From a bacterium (GTDB lineage Bacteria > Patescibacteriota > Minisyncoccia > Phycocordibacterales > Phycocordibacteraceae), in NCBI GenBank assembly GCA_021836725.1, contig JAKBHL010000011.1, positions 94,494 through 158,493 on the forward strand: a stretch of 64,000 nt of DNA. The letters run 5' to 3'. The stretch's first letter is position 1, and every line of letters begins with the position of its first letter. This document shows, one piece after another, positions 1-9,393 of the stretch. The notes beneath the pieces were generated by a model, which saw nothing but the letters and a program-made list of their open reading frames with translations, ran no database searches and had not been told where the DNA came from. Position numbers and translations under genes: made by a program.

Positions 1-255
1 CTCTCGGTGAAACAAATCATGGACACCGCAGCGCGCTTTGACGCGACGGTCGTCGGCCCCGTGCCGCTTCCGACTGAAATCAAGCGCTGGACGGTGAACC
101 GTTCGACGTTCGTCCACAAAGACGCGCGGGAGCAGTTCGAGATGCGCATCCATAAGCGCCTCATCGATATCCTGAACCCTTCGCCAAAGGTCATCGAGGC
201 TCTCACGAACCTGAACCTGCCAAGCGGTGTGACCATCGACGTGAAGATGGTCTAG
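1..255 (+). CDS. rpsJ: 30S ribosomal protein S10 (5'-truncated by window edge)
   Basis: Translation GPVPLPT...FVHKDAREQFEMRIHKRLIDI matches the conserved S10 C-terminal half; first gene of S10 operon order. Confidence 0.93.
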   Translation, partial: LSVKQIMDTAARFDATVVGPVPLPTEIKRWTVNRSTFVHKDAREQFEMRIHKRLIDILNPSPKVIEALTNLNLPSGVTIDVKMV

Positions 256-292
256 CGGAGCGTTTCCAAAAAGACTGCCAAGAAAACAAAAA

Positions 293-320
293 CGCCCGTA
301 CGGGCGTTTTTGTTTTCTTG
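293..320. terminator. Palindromic hairpin CGCCCG-TA-CGGGCG flanked by A-run upstream and T-run downstream, between rpsJ and rplC; intrinsic-terminator-like, possible attenuator
   Basis: Perfect inverted repeat followed by TTTTTGTTTT; symmetric A/T flanks suggest bidirectional terminator-like structure. Confidence 0.5.
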
Positions 321-430
321 CATTGTCCGGCCCGGTAGTGTAGTGTATGCCCTAACGCTACGTACGGCGCCTTCGGCCGGACCTATGGCAACTCGCGCGA
401 CGCGATTTGCCGTTGCGCGTTTTGCTTTAA

Positions 431-1048
431 ATGAAATTCATTCTCGCAAAGAAAAAGGGCATGACCCGTATCTTCACGGAAGATGGACGCGCGAAGGCGG
501 CCACTATTTTGGATGCCGGAGCGATGACCGTTACGCAGGTAAAGAGCACAGACGGCAAAGACGGCTATGCGGCGGTCCAGGTCGGCACGGGCATCCGCAA
601 GACGAAGAATGTCAGCAAAGCCGTTTTAGGACATACCAAAGGCAAAGGCTACGCGGCTCTTCGCGAGTTCCGCACCGATGGCGCCGCAACGGGAGTCGGC
701 AGCGAGATCGACGTATCGATTTTTGCCGTCGGCGACACAGTGCGCGTCTCAGGCCTTACCAAAGGCAAGGGTTTTGCGGGCGTGGTGAAGCGCCATGGTT
801 TCCATGGCGGGCCGCGCACCCACGGTCAGAAGCACTCCGAGCGCGAGGCGGGTTCCATCGGCGGATCGGGCGGCCGAGCGGGCGGGCGTGTCGCCAAAGG
901 CATCCGCATGGCCGGTCGCATGGGCCAGGATCGTGTCACGGTCGAGAATCTCAAAGTGCTCTCCGTCGATGCGGCGGCGGGCGAGATCATCGTCTCGGGG
1001 GCGGTACCGGGCGCCCGCGGCACGCTTCTTGAGATAGTCTCCGCATAA
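431..1048 (+). CDS. rplC: 50S ribosomal protein L3
   Basis: MKFILAKKKGMTRIFTEDG...GKGFAGVVKRHGFHGGP typical L3; operon position. Confidence 0.95.
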   Translation: MKFILAKKKGMTRIFTEDGRAKAATILDAGAMTVTQVKSTDGKDGYAAVQVGTGIRKTKNVSKAVLGHTKGKGYAALREFRTDGAATGVGSEIDVSIFAVGDTVRVSGLTKGKGFAGVVKRHGFHGGPRTHGQKHSEREAGSIGGSGGRAGGRVAKGIRMAGRMGQDRVTVENLKVLSVDAAAGEIIVSGAVPGARGTLLEIVSA

Positions 1049-1058
1049 CCTGCACACC

Positions 1059-1811
1059 ATGACCACCGCAAAGAAAACGACATCAAAAAAGAAGACCGCC
1101 TCGGCGCCCGTCGCGCGCACGGCGAAAGCCGCGCCGACCTCGCTTGAACTGGCGATCTTTTCCATGGCCGGCGGGAAAGTCGGGACCATCGCGCTTCCGG
1201 ATGCGCTTTTCGGCGCACCCTGGAGGAGCGATCTCGTGCACCAGGTGACGACCGCGATGCAGGCGAACGCGCGCCAAAACCGCGCCCATACGAAAGATCG
1301 TTCCGAAGTCTCGGGCGGCGGCAAGAAGCCGTGGAAGCAAAAAGGCACCGGCCAGGCGCGCCATGGTTCGAGCCGTTCGCCGATCTGGCGCCATGGCGGC
1401 GTCACATTCGGCCCGCGCAAAGAGCGTGATTACAGCGAGAAGATCAACCGCAAGATGCGCATCAATGCGCTCATCTCGGTCCTTTCGAGGAAAGCGAAAG
1501 ACGGTGAAATAATCCTGGTAGACAAGTTTTCCTTTGCCGCGCCGAAGACCGCGCTCGCAAAAAACGCGCTCCTCGCGCTCGCCAAAGGGGCCGACGCCGC
1601 GCCGCTCGCAGCGAAAAAGAAAAACGCGGCGCTCCTCGCGCTCGCCGGCTATGATGACGCTCTAGTGAAGAGTTTCCGCAATCTCGCCTCGGTCGCCACG
1701 GAGGAAGCGCGCAACTTAAACCCGGTTGATGTGATGGCGCACAAATACCTCATCATAGAAAATCCGGAAGCGGCATTCGCCGTGCTTCTTGCGCGCGCCA
1801 AAGCTAAATAA
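1059..1811 (+). CDS. rplD: 50S ribosomal protein L4 with N-terminal K/A-rich extension and an internal short tandem duplication
   Basis: Core GGGKKPWKQKGTGQARHGS matches L4; 250 aa is long for L4; KNALLALAKG...KNAALLALAG repeat at nt ~1555-1650. Confidence 0.92.
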   Translation: MTTAKKTTSKKKTASAPVARTAKAAPTSLELAIFSMAGGKVGTIALPDALFGAPWRSDLVHQVTTAMQANARQNRAHTKDRSEVSGGGKKPWKQKGTGQARHGSSRSPIWRHGGVTFGPRKERDYSEKINRKMRINALISVLSRKAKDGEIILVDKFSFAAPKTALAKNALLALAKGADAAPLAAKKKNAALLALAGYDDALVKSFRNLASVATEEARNLNPVDVMAHKYLIIENPEAAFAVLLARAKAK

Positions 1812-1817
1812 ATCACC

Positions 1818-2177
1818 ATGGCAATCTTCGGCACCACCAAGAAAGAGAAAGAAACGAAACGCGTACCGCAAACGCGCGCTCGAAAGCTCGTAAGCGGCAT
1901 CGCGCACGAAATTATTCGCGCGCCGTGGTTCTCTGAAAAAGCGCTTATCGCGACCGAGAAAGGCGTCTATACGTTCTCTGTGCCCTCGCGCGCCACCAAA
2001 GCCGACATCGCCGGCGCGCTCAAAGAAATATACAAGGTCGCCCCGCGGAAGATCCGCATCGTGAATCTCCCCGCGAAACGCAAAGCGATGCGCACGCGCC
2101 GCGGCGTAGGCACGCGCGCCGCGCGCCGCAAGGCCTATGTGTATCTGAAAGCGGGCGACACCATCCAGTTCGCCTAA
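1818..2177 (+). CDS. rplW: 50S ribosomal protein L23
   Basis: Size, position between rplD and rplB, ...PWFSEKA...KAYVYLKAGDTIQF motif. Confidence 0.9.
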   Translation: MAIFGTTKKEKETKRVPQTRARKLVSGIAHEIIRAPWFSEKALIATEKGVYTFSVPSRATKADIAGALKEIYKVAPRKIRIVNLPAKRKAMRTRRGVGTRAARRKAYVYLKAGDTIQFA

Positions 2178-2196
2178 GTTGCCTAATTATTTTCGT

Positions 2197-3045
2197 ATGA
2201 AATCCTATCGCCCCACCACCAAGAGCCGCCGCCACATGACCACACTGCCGTACCGGGAGCTTCTCTCGGGCGATGCGCCGCACAAGCCGTTGATGAGAAA
2301 GAAGAAACGCCAAGGTGGCCGAAACGGTTTCGGACGCATTACGACGCGCCACCAGGGCGGCGGTCACAAGCGCCGTTTGCGGGACGTAGACTTTATCTAC
2401 GACAAGAAAGATATTCCGGCGAAAATCGAAACCGTCGAGTATGATCCTTTCCGTTCCGCTTTCATCGGACTCGCACTCTATCGCGACGGCGCGCGCCGCT
2501 ACGTCGTCCTTCCCAAGGAGCTCGGAGTCGGTTCCTCCTTTATCGTCTCGGAACACGCGCCGCTTACGCTCGGGAATCGTCTCCCGCTCGGCAAAATCCC
2601 CGTCGGCACCCTTGTGTACAACGTCGAGCTTTCTCCGGGCGCGGGCGCCGTGCTCGCCCGTTCCGCCGGGAACGCCGCCGAAGTGGTCGCGCATGACGGG
2701 GGATATGCCCAGCTGAAGCTTCCTTCAAGCGAAATCCGCAAGGTATCTGATCTCGCGTGGGCGAGCATCGGAATGGTAGGCAACGAAGAATACAATCTCG
2801 TCGTCATCGGCAAAGCGGGGCGTAGCCGCTGGATGGGCATCCGTCCGACCGTCCGTGGAACCGCCATGAACCCGGTCGACCATCCTCATGGCGGCGGCGA
2901 AGGCAAACAAGGCCGCGGTCTCAAGCGCGCAAAGACCATGTGGGGGAAACCCTCCGGCAAGGGTCAGAAGACGCGAACGCCGAAAAAGTACTCGAACAAT
3001 CTCATCATTTCCCGCAGGAAAGTCGGCAAGAAACGCAAAGGATAA
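2197..3045 (+). CDS. rplB: 50S ribosomal protein L2 (alternative upstream ATG at 2179)
   Basis: MKSYRPTTKSRRHMT... and NPVDHPHGGGEGK motif diagnostic of L2. Confidence 0.95.
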   Translation: MKSYRPTTKSRRHMTTLPYRELLSGDAPHKPLMRKKKRQGGRNGFGRITTRHQGGGHKRRLRDVDFIYDKKDIPAKIETVEYDPFRSAFIGLALYRDGARRYVVLPKELGVGSSFIVSEHAPLTLGNRLPLGKIPVGTLVYNVELSPGAGAVLARSAGNAAEVVAHDGGYAQLKLPSSEIRKVSDLAWASIGMVGNEEYNLVVIGKAGRSRWMGIRPTVRGTAMNPVDHPHGGGEGKQGRGLKRAKTMWGKPSGKGQKTRTPKKYSNNLIISRRKVGKKRKG

Positions 3046-3057
3046 TGGTTCCGCTCA

Positions 3058-3089
3058 CAACAGCCCCGCACGAAAGTGCGGGGCTGTTG
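3058..3089. terminator. 14-bp perfect stem with GAAA tetraloop immediately after rplB (no U-tract)
   Basis: CAACAGCCCCGCAC-GAAA-GTGCGGGGCTGTTG seen directly in sequence. Confidence 0.55.
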
Positions 3090-3092
3090 CCA

Positions 3093-3445
3093 GAACCCAT
3101 CTCAATCTCCCAAGATGACATCTTGAAGACGCTATCTCACTTTGAATTAGGAAACTCCATTTGCGACACGCTCCTCGCTTCCTGCGACTCGTCGCTCTGT
3201 CCTTGCGCTCTCGTTTTTGGCTCGCAAAGCGCGTAGTATAGCCAAAAAACACCAAGCTCAGCGCCTTGCGGACGGTCGCAAATGGAGTTTCCTAATTCAA
3301 AGTATCTCAAACCCCCCGCGAGGGATATGCGGCAGAAAGAGGCTTACGGAGCGTGACGACGCGAGTACGAGCCGCTTTTTGAGCACAAAAAGACGGCGTA
3401 CTCCTTTCTGCAGCATACCCGAGCGGGGAAGTTTGAGACGGGTTC
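3093..3445. mobile_element. MITE-like palindromic repeat, copy 1 (composite: core element plus nested ~30-nt inverted repeats at 3138-3168/3280-3310 and small palindrome CAAGATGACATCTTG)
   Basis: Termini GAACCCATCTCAA ... GTTTGAGACGGGTTC; core GGATATGCGGCAGAAAGAGGCTTACGGAGCG...GAGTACGAGCCGCTTTTTGAGCACAAAAAGACGGCGTACTCCTTTCTGCAGCATACC shared with 6 other loci. Confidence 0.75.
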
Positions 3446-4185
3446 TAGCGGTAGTGCGGATTCAGGATAGCTCCGAGGGTAGCGAGAGGGATGCGGAGCG
3501 TCTGGGGGCCAAGGGCATACGGAGCGACCTGGTACGGGTCGAAGAGGATATCGAGATAGCCGTTATCGATGAAGAAATTTTCGAAATTCTTCGCTTCGGG
3601 CGTCGTACCGCGCGTAATGAAGCCCGTGTCGGCATTTTTCCCTATGACGCCCGGGAGCTCTGCACGGCTGATTGCGGAAAGGGTGTCCAGATACGTTGCA
3701 TTCGGCGCGAAGAGATCGGCGAGCGTGAGTTTCGCGCCCGTTGAAGTGTCAAAGGTGAACGTGTGGAAAAACAGATTTCCGTGCGCGCCGAGCGTGTTTT
3801 CATAGACGGTAAAGATGTATGACACCGTGTGCGGCGAAGATGAGACGAGATATTTGATCTGTAGCGTTTGCTTCGCGCCGCCCGGCGGATATGCGGCATT
3901 CCCTCCGGTTTTGAACTGGGAAATCACGCCGCCGATGTAGCTTTGTATGCGTGCGATGGCTTTTCCGTTCGCTCCGCTTGCAAGGGGGGTGGTAGTCGGG
4001 TAATTCGCGGCAATAACATACTCTGGCGACTGCTCCGTATAGGCTCCCGCAGGTAAAAGGACGGGTGTCTGCGTATCTGCCGCGCTCGTCGGCGCTTTCA
4101 CAGGCACCGGCCGCAGAGCGACATAGACGACGATCCCCGCAAGGACAACGCCGATGACCGTAATGCCAAAAATATCCTTTCGCAT
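3445..4185 (-). CDS. Membrane-anchored secreted protein, DUF3298/DUF4163 (RsiV-like) domain; inserted antisense within the ribosomal protein cluster
   Basis: N-terminal TM helix, C-terminal FDPYQVAPYALGPQTLRIP motif resembling DUF3298; reverse strand between rplB and rpsS. Confidence 0.6.
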   Translation of the reverse strand: MRKDIFGITVIGVVLAGIVVYVALRPVPVKAPTSAADTQTPVLLPAGAYTEQSPEYVIAANYPTTTPLASGANGKAIARIQSYIGGVISQFKTGGNAAYPPGGAKQTLQIKYLVSSSPHTVSYIFTVYENTLGAHGNLFFHTFTFDTSTGAKLTLADLFAPNATYLDTLSAISRAELPGVIGKNADTGFITRGTTPEAKNFENFFIDNGYLDILFDPYQVAPYALGPQTLRIPLATLGAILNPHYR

Positions 4186-4215
4186 ACGCTGTAGTGTAAC
4201 AAACTCGAGGCTCGT

Positions 4216-4244
4216 TTGACGATTCCCCGCCGCTCCTGTATCTT
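4216..4244 (+). promoter_or_regulatory. Sigma70-like promoter TTGACG-17-TATCTT upstream of rpsS
   Basis: Hexamers with 17-nt spacer ~40 nt upstream of rpsS ATG; needed because upstream operon continuity is broken. Confidence 0.4.
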
Positions 4245-4283
4245 TCAGGTACCTCGCGCTTGCGCGGGCTTTTCATTGCTTAC

Positions 4284-4622
4284 ATGGCACGCTCACTCAA
4301 AAAAGGACCTTTCGTGGACGCCAAGCTCCTGAAGAAGGTCAGCCACGTAAAACCGGCATCAGCCGGGGTTATTAACACGTGGGCGCGCAGGAGCCAGATA
4401 AGCCCGGAAATGGTCGGTTTTACTTTCGGCGTGCACAACGGCAAGCAGCACGTCGAGGTGCTCGTTTCCGAAGATATGGTGGGGCACCGCCTCGGCGAGT
4501 TCTCGCCGACCAAAAAATTCATCCGCCACGGCGGTAAAATGCAGAAAGAGATTGAGCAGAAGAAACAGCAGGCCGAGATTGCCGGAGCGAAAGCGGCAAA
4601 AGAATCCACTGCAAAGAAATAG
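4284..4622 (+). CDS. rpsS: 30S ribosomal protein S19 with K/E/A-rich C-terminal extension
   Basis: [12 protein letters not shown]...[18 protein letters not shown] typical S19. Confidence 0.93.
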   Translation: MARSLKKGPFVDAKLLKKVSHVKPASAGVINTWARRSQISPEMVGFTFGVHNGKQHVEVLVSEDMVGHRLGEFSPTKKFIRHGGKMQKEIEQKKQQAEIAGAKAAKESTAKK

Positions 4623-4625
4623 TGT

Positions 4626-4946
4626 ATGGCATACGCAACTCTTGAAAGTCATAACCAATCGCCGCGCAAGATGCGGCTCGTTACGGATCTTGTGAAAGGG
4701 AAAAAAATTCCCGCCGCGCTTGCCGCGCTCCAATTTCTCCCGAAACGCGCCGCAGAACCTATCGCGAAGCTCATCAAGAGCGCGGCCGCAAACGCGAAGA
4801 GCCGGGGCGAGAATCCCGAAGAATTAACAGTGCGCTCGATAACCGTCGAGAGTGCCGGCACACTGAAGCGCTATATGCCCCGCGCCTTCGGCCGCGCTTC
4901 GCTCATCCGCCGCCGCAAAAGCCGCGTCAAGGTGACGCTCGCATAA
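4626..4946 (+). CDS. rplV: 50S ribosomal protein L22
   Basis: Position and SPRKMRLVTDLVKGK...KSRVKV pattern. Confidence 0.9.
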   Translation: MAYATLESHNQSPRKMRLVTDLVKGKKIPAALAALQFLPKRAAEPIAKLIKSAAANAKSRGENPEELTVRSITVESAGTLKRYMPRAFGRASLIRRRKSRVKVTLA

Positions 4947-4953
4947 ATTATTT

Positions 4954-5658
4954 ATGACGCACACCGTACATCCTTACGCCCATCGTCTCGGCATCATCCG
5001 GGACTGGAAGAGCCGCTGGTTTGCGCGCGATAAGCAGAGCTATCGCGAGAATATCAAGGTCGACGAGACTATCCGCCGGTTCCTTGCCAAGCGATTGCGC
5101 GGGACCTACACGAGCGGCATCGACATCGAGCGTTCGGAAAGCGAACTGCGCGTCATCCTTTCGACTTCGCGCCCGGGTCTCGTCATCGGCCGTTCGGGCG
5201 AGAATGCGACGAAATTGCGGAAAGAAATCTCCGAGACGATCCGCCGCGTGGCGCCCAAGGACCGCCGCACGCTCAAATTCGACATCAACGAAGTCCGCCA
5301 GCCGGAGACGGATGCCGCCGCGGTCGCGTACATGGTCGCGGAGGGGCTCGAAAAGCGAATGCCGTTCCGCCGCGTGTTGAAGCAAACGGTCGAGAAAGTC
5401 ATCGCGGCGCGCGAGGTCGAAGGGGTGCGCATCACGGTCTCCGGCAGGCTCGGCGGCGCGGAAATGAGCCGCAAAGAAGAGCTCAAGAAAGGCCGCATTC
5501 CGCTGCAGACGTTTCGCGCGGACATCGACTTCGCGCATGAAGTGGCGCATCTCCCGTACGGGATCATCGGCATCAAGGTATGGATCTATCGCGGGAACGT
5601 GTATCAGGACAAGAAGACGTCAGTGCGCCTGTCTTCGGGCGAACCGGCCCGCGGCTAG
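4954..5658 (+). CDS. rpsC: 30S ribosomal protein S3
   Basis: HPYAHRLGIIRDWKSRWF...KH domain, GIKVWIY C-terminal motif. Confidence 0.95.
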   Translation: MTHTVHPYAHRLGIIRDWKSRWFARDKQSYRENIKVDETIRRFLAKRLRGTYTSGIDIERSESELRVILSTSRPGLVIGRSGENATKLRKEISETIRRVAPKDRRTLKFDINEVRQPETDAAAVAYMVAEGLEKRMPFRRVLKQTVEKVIAAREVEGVRITVSGRLGGAEMSRKEELKKGRIPLQTFRADIDFAHEVAHLPYGIIGIKVWIYRGNVYQDKKTSVRLSSGEPARG

Positions 5659-5679
5659 TGCCCGGGTGTACATTTTCGT

Positions 5680-6102
5680 ATGTTATTTCCAAAAAAAGTA
5701 AAACACCGCAAATGGCAGACGCAGCGCAAAAGCGCGAAGCGCTTGAGCCGTCCCGATACCCGCGGTACGACCATCGTCTTCGGTTCATTCGCCCTGAAAG
5801 CGCTCACGAGCGCGCGCATGACGAGCAACCAGATAGAAGCGGCGCGCAAAGTTCTTACCCGTGCGACCGCAAAGACAGGCAAGCTCTGGATCCGTATCTT
5901 TCCGGACCGGCCGGTGACCGCCAAGCCCGCGGAAGTGGGCATGGGAAGCGGCAAGGGCGACCCGAAGCACTACGTGTTTGAAGTGCGCCCGGGGCGCATA
6001 CTTTTTGAAATGGACGGCGTCGCCGAAAGCATCGCGCGCGCGCATTTGCGCCAGGCGAGCATGAAGTTGCCGGTCAAGACCTCGATAATCACGCGGCACT
6101 AA
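5680..6102 (+). CDS. rplP: 50S ribosomal protein L16
   Basis: MLFPKKVKHRKWQ...MGSGKGDP typical L16. Confidence 0.95.
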   Translation: MLFPKKVKHRKWQTQRKSAKRLSRPDTRGTTIVFGSFALKALTSARMTSNQIEAARKVLTRATAKTGKLWIRIFPDRPVTAKPAEVGMGSGKGDPKHYVFEVRPGRILFEMDGVAESIARAHLRQASMKLPVKTSIITRH

Positions 6103-6125
6103 TTTTATTACTTTTTCATATTTTT

Positions 6126-6326
6126 ATGGTAAAAAAGAACACTATGACGACCAAAACGGATCAGGAGCTTGCGAAACTCCTTCTCGATACGCGCATCCAT
6201 CTGCGAACTGAGCGTTTTGCGGCTGCCGGCGCGCGCCCGAAAGATTCGAGCTCGCCGAAGAAGCTGCGCAAGACCATCGCACGCGCGCTTACCGAGCAGC
6301 ACGCGCGTGCGCATCGAACCGTCTAA
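6126..6326 (+). CDS. rpmC: 50S ribosomal protein L29
   Basis: Small helical protein TDQELAKLLLDTRIHLRTERF between rplP and rpsQ. Confidence 0.85.
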   Translation: MVKKNTMTTKTDQELAKLLLDTRIHLRTERFAAAGARPKDSSSPKKLRKTIARALTEQHARAHRTV

Positions 6327-6330
6327 TCAT

Positions 6331-6603
6331 ATGGAACACCGCGCCCCTCGTCCTCAATCGTTTGCCGGCGTCGTCGTAAAGACGGCCATGAAAGACACGG
6401 CCACGGTCCGCGTTGATCGCTTCGTGAAGCATCCGAAGTACAAAAAGTATTTCGTCCGCTCGAAGAAGTACCTTGCGCACGACCCGGGGAATACCGCTCA
6501 GGTCGGCGACAAAGTCACCATCGTCGCAACGCACCCGCTTTCGAAACTGAAGCATTTCGCAATCGCTCGCGCGAAAGACGCGTCCGTCGACGCGAAAAAC
6601 TAG
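6331..6603 (+). CDS. rpsQ: 30S ribosomal protein S17
   Basis: FAGVVVKTAMKDTATVRVDRFVKHPKYKKY typical S17; internal ATG at 6331 within longer ORF. Confidence 0.92.
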   Translation: MEHRAPRPQSFAGVVVKTAMKDTATVRVDRFVKHPKYKKYFVRSKKYLAHDPGNTAQVGDKVTIVATHPLSKLKHFAIARAKDASVDAKN

Positions 6604-6604
6604 T

Positions 6605-6982
6605 ATGTTGCAGCCCCAATCCATCGTCATGGTCGCAGATAATTCCGGCGGGAAGATCGCACGGGTATTCAAAGTGCTTGGCGGTTCCAAGCGCCGCTAC
6701 GCGCGCATCGGCGATACGGTCGTCATCGCCATCCAGACCGCCGAGCCGCGCAAAGCGGTGAAGAAAAAGGACATCTGCCGCGCGGTCGTCGTGCGGCAGA
6801 CGAAGCCTTTCGCCAGGAAAGACGGTTCGTACATACGTTTCGATGAGAATGCAGTCGTCATCGTCGAGAAGCAGGGCAAGGAAATGGCCCCGAAAGGGAA
6901 CCGGATCTTCGGCCCCGTTCCGCGCGAACTTTCCGAGCGCGGCTGGCACTCTATCGTCTCCTTGGCGCCCGAAGTCGTCTAA
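6605..6982 (+). CDS. rplN: 50S ribosomal protein L14
   Basis: [17 protein letters not shown]... typical L14. Confidence 0.95.
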   Translation: MLQPQSIVMVADNSGGKIARVFKVLGGSKRRYARIGDTVVIAIQTAEPRKAVKKKDICRAVVVRQTKPFARKDGSYIRFDENAVVIVEKQGKEMAPKGNRIFGPVPRELSERGWHSIVSLAPEVV

Positions 6983-6992
6983 TCATTTTCGT

Positions 6993-7223
6993 ATGCACGT
7001 CAAAAAAGGAGACAAAGTGAGGATAATTTCGGGCAAGGACAAGGGCGCGACCGGCGTCATCCTGCGCGCATTGCCGCGGGAAGACATGGTCGTCGTCGAA
7101 GGCGTCGCCATCGCGAAGCGCCACCGCAAGGGTCGTCCGGGCGAAGTGGGCCACATTGCCGAGCGCCCGCGGCCGATTCACGTGTCGAATGTCGTGCGCG
7201 TCGAATCAGCCAAAGGAAAATAA
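6993..7223 (+). CDS. rplX: 50S ribosomal protein L24
   Basis: [26 protein letters not shown] motif. Confidence 0.92.
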   Translation: MHVKKGDKVRIISGKDKGATGVILRALPREDMVVVEGVAIAKRHRKGRPGEVGHIAERPRPIHVSNVVRVESAKGK

Positions 7224-7230
7224 ATTGCCT

Positions 7231-7782
7231 ATGTCCATAACCAAACAAAGACAGCAGACCGCCTATCTCGCGCTCAAAGAAACATTCGGGTATACGAGCC
7301 CGATGCGGAGTCCGCGCGTGAGCAAGGTCATCGTCTCCTCAGGCGTGGGCAAGAAACGCGACAAGAAACAGCTCGAGCTCATCGAGGATCGTCTCGCGAA
7401 GATTACCGGGCAGAAACCCTCGCAGCGCGCTGCGCGCATCTCCATCGCTTCCTTCAAAGTGCGCGCAGGCGACACCGTCGGGCTTCAGGTGACGCTGCGC
7501 GGCGCGCGGATGTACGATTTTCTCGACAAGCTCATCCACATCGCGTTGCCGCGCACGCGCGATTTCCGCGGCCTTGCCCCAAACGCCATCGATGCGATGG
7601 GCAATATCACCATCGGCATCAAGGAGCATACTATTTTCCCGGAGACGAGCGATGAGGATCTGAAAGACGTTTTCGGTCTCGCCATAACCATCGTCACCAC
7701 CGCCTCGACCAAGGCCGAAGCCGAGGCGTTCCTGCGCCACCTCGGGTTGCCGCTTATCGTTGACTCGGGCGTAAAACGCTGA
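7231..7782 (+). CDS. rplE: 50S ribosomal protein L5
   Basis: Conserved L5 core, operon position. Confidence 0.93.
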   Translation: MSITKQRQQTAYLALKETFGYTSPMRSPRVSKVIVSSGVGKKRDKKQLELIEDRLAKITGQKPSQRAARISIASFKVRAGDTVGLQVTLRGARMYDFLDKLIHIALPRTRDFRGLAPNAIDAMGNITIGIKEHTIFPETSDEDLKDVFGLAITIVTTASTKAEAEAFLRHLGLPLIVDSGVKR

Positions 7783-7818
7783 TACTCTGGAGCGACGCTC
7801 CTCGGAGCTTTATTTTTT

Positions 7819-8088
7819 GTGGCAAAAAAATCCCAGCTGGCACGGTACGCCAAAAAGGCGAAACTCGTAAAGAAGTACGCGGTCAAGCGTGCGGCTTTGA
7901 AGCTCTCTGGCGATTTTGAGGGCCTCCAAAAGCTCCCGAGAAACTCTTCGCCGGTGCGCCTTAAGAACCGTTGCGCTATTTCGGGCCGTTCGCGCGGCTA
8001 TATGCGCGTCTTCGGACTCTCGCGCATCCAGTTCCGCGAGCTCGCGCGCGAAGGGAAGATCCCGGGCGTCAAAAAAGCATCATGGTAA
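7819..8088 (+). CDS. rpsN: 30S ribosomal protein S14
   Basis: [26 protein letters not shown] typical S14. Confidence 0.9.
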   Translation: MAKKSQLARYAKKAKLVKKYAVKRAALKLSGDFEGLQKLPRNSSPVRLKNRCAISGRSRGYMRVFGLSRIQFRELAREGKIPGVKKASW

Positions 8089-8486
8089 GCGACCGCGTCG
8101 GCGATTTCATCATCCGTCTGCAAAATGCCGCGCGCATCGGGAAGCGCGACGTCGGCGTGCCGTATTCCGGGCATCTTTTCGCTATCGCTAAAAAACTGAA
8201 GGAACTCGGTTTCCTTACCGCGGTCGAAGTGAAAACGAAAGAGGGCGAAGGCGTAAAGAAGCTGTTTACCGCGACGCTCGCTTACGACGAGCGCGGGCTC
8301 CCGAAATTGCGCGGCGTGAAGCGCGTGAGCAAACCGGGCCGCCGGCTCTATGCGGCGCATACATCTGCGCATCGGGTGAAAGGCGGCACCGGCGCGCGCA
8401 TCCTTTCTTCCTCGAGCGGTATCGTCTCCGACAGAGAGGCGCGCAAGAATAAGGTCGGCGGCGAAGAGCTTTTCGAAATCTGGTAA
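8082..8486 (+). CDS. rpsH: 30S ribosomal protein S8
   Basis: [16 protein letters not shown]... typical S8 N-terminus; overlaps rpsN stop. Confidence 0.92.
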   Translation: MVSDRVGDFIIRLQNAARIGKRDVGVPYSGHLFAIAKKLKELGFLTAVEVKTKEGEGVKKLFTATLAYDERGLPKLRGVKRVSKPGRRLYAAHTSAHRVKGGTGARILSSSSGIVSDREARKNKVGGEELFEIW

Positions 8487-8499
8487 TACAGACACCACC

Positions 8500-9030
8500 A
8501 TGAGCCGCCTCGCAAAAAAGCCGATAGCGATAGGGAAAACCGCAGTCCTCGTGGAGGGCGGGGTACTTTCCGTGAAAGGCGCCAAGGGCGCGCTTACCAA
8601 ACGCATACACCCGGCGGTCGCCATTGCGGTCGATGAGAACGGCGTCTCGATCACGCCGAAAGACCGTTCGCGCCTCGCCAAGGCGCTCACCGGCACGTTC
8701 GCTTCGCATGTGAAAAACATGATGGCCGGCGTCGAGACGCCCTACGTGAAGAAACTCATTCTCGAAGGCGTCGGCTATCGTGTCGAAGTCAAAGGAAGCG
8801 ATATCGTCTTGTCCGTCGGTTTCTCCCACACGGTCGCGCTCAAGATACCGGCGGATGTCTCGGCAACAGTCGAAAAGAACGTTATAAAAATCGAAAGCAT
8901 AAACAAAGAGTCGCTCGGACAATTTGCGGCGGACATACGGCGCGTGAAGCCGCCCGAACCGTACCTGGGGAAGGGCATCCGTTACGAAGGAGAAGTGATC
9001 CGCCGCAAACAAGGCAAGAAAGCCGCTTAA
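8500..9030 (+). CDS. rplF: 50S ribosomal protein L6
   Basis: MSRLAKKPIAIG...KGIRYEGEVIRRK typical L6. Confidence 0.93.
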   Translation: MSRLAKKPIAIGKTAVLVEGGVLSVKGAKGALTKRIHPAVAIAVDENGVSITPKDRSRLAKALTGTFASHVKNMMAGVETPYVKKLILEGVGYRVEVKGSDIVLSVGFSHTVALKIPADVSATVEKNVIKIESINKESLGQFAADIRRVKPPEPYLGKGIRYEGEVIRRKQGKKAA

Positions 9031-9033
9031 TTT

Positions 9034-9390
9034 TTGCATATGACTCACGGATCAAAAACGAATACGGAACTGCGGGCGCGCCGCCGCACTCGCATCCGAG
9101 CGCTTGTCAAAGGGACCGCGGCGCGCCCGCGTCTCGCGGTCTTCAAGAGCAATCGCTTCGTCTCAGCGCAGCTTATTGACGACGTGGCAGGAAAGACCAT
9201 CGCCGCCGCGCACGGACGCGAGTTCAAGGGCGCGCAATCCCTACAGGCGGCATCGGTCGGCGAAGCGATCGCACGAAAAGCTCGGGCAACCGGTATCACC
9301 ACGATCGTCTTCGATCGCGGCGGCTACCGTTATGGCGGACAGGTTAAGGCGCTCGCGGACGCAGCGCGGGCGGGCGGACTCATTTTTTAA
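9034..9390 (+). CDS. rplR: 50S ribosomal protein L18
   Basis: RPRLAVFKSNRFVSAQLIDD ... GGYRYGG typical L18. Confidence 0.92.
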   Translation: MHMTHGSKTNTELRARRRTRIRALVKGTAARPRLAVFKSNRFVSAQLIDDVAGKTIAAAHGREFKGAQSLQAASVGEAIARKARATGITTIVFDRGGYRYGGQVKALADAARAGGLIF

Positions 9391-9393
9391 TTT

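Noticed and set aside
3217-3744. 175-aa plus ORF crossing MITE copy 1
   Set aside because: Runs through the palindromic repeat and antisense to the DUF3298 gene; no support.
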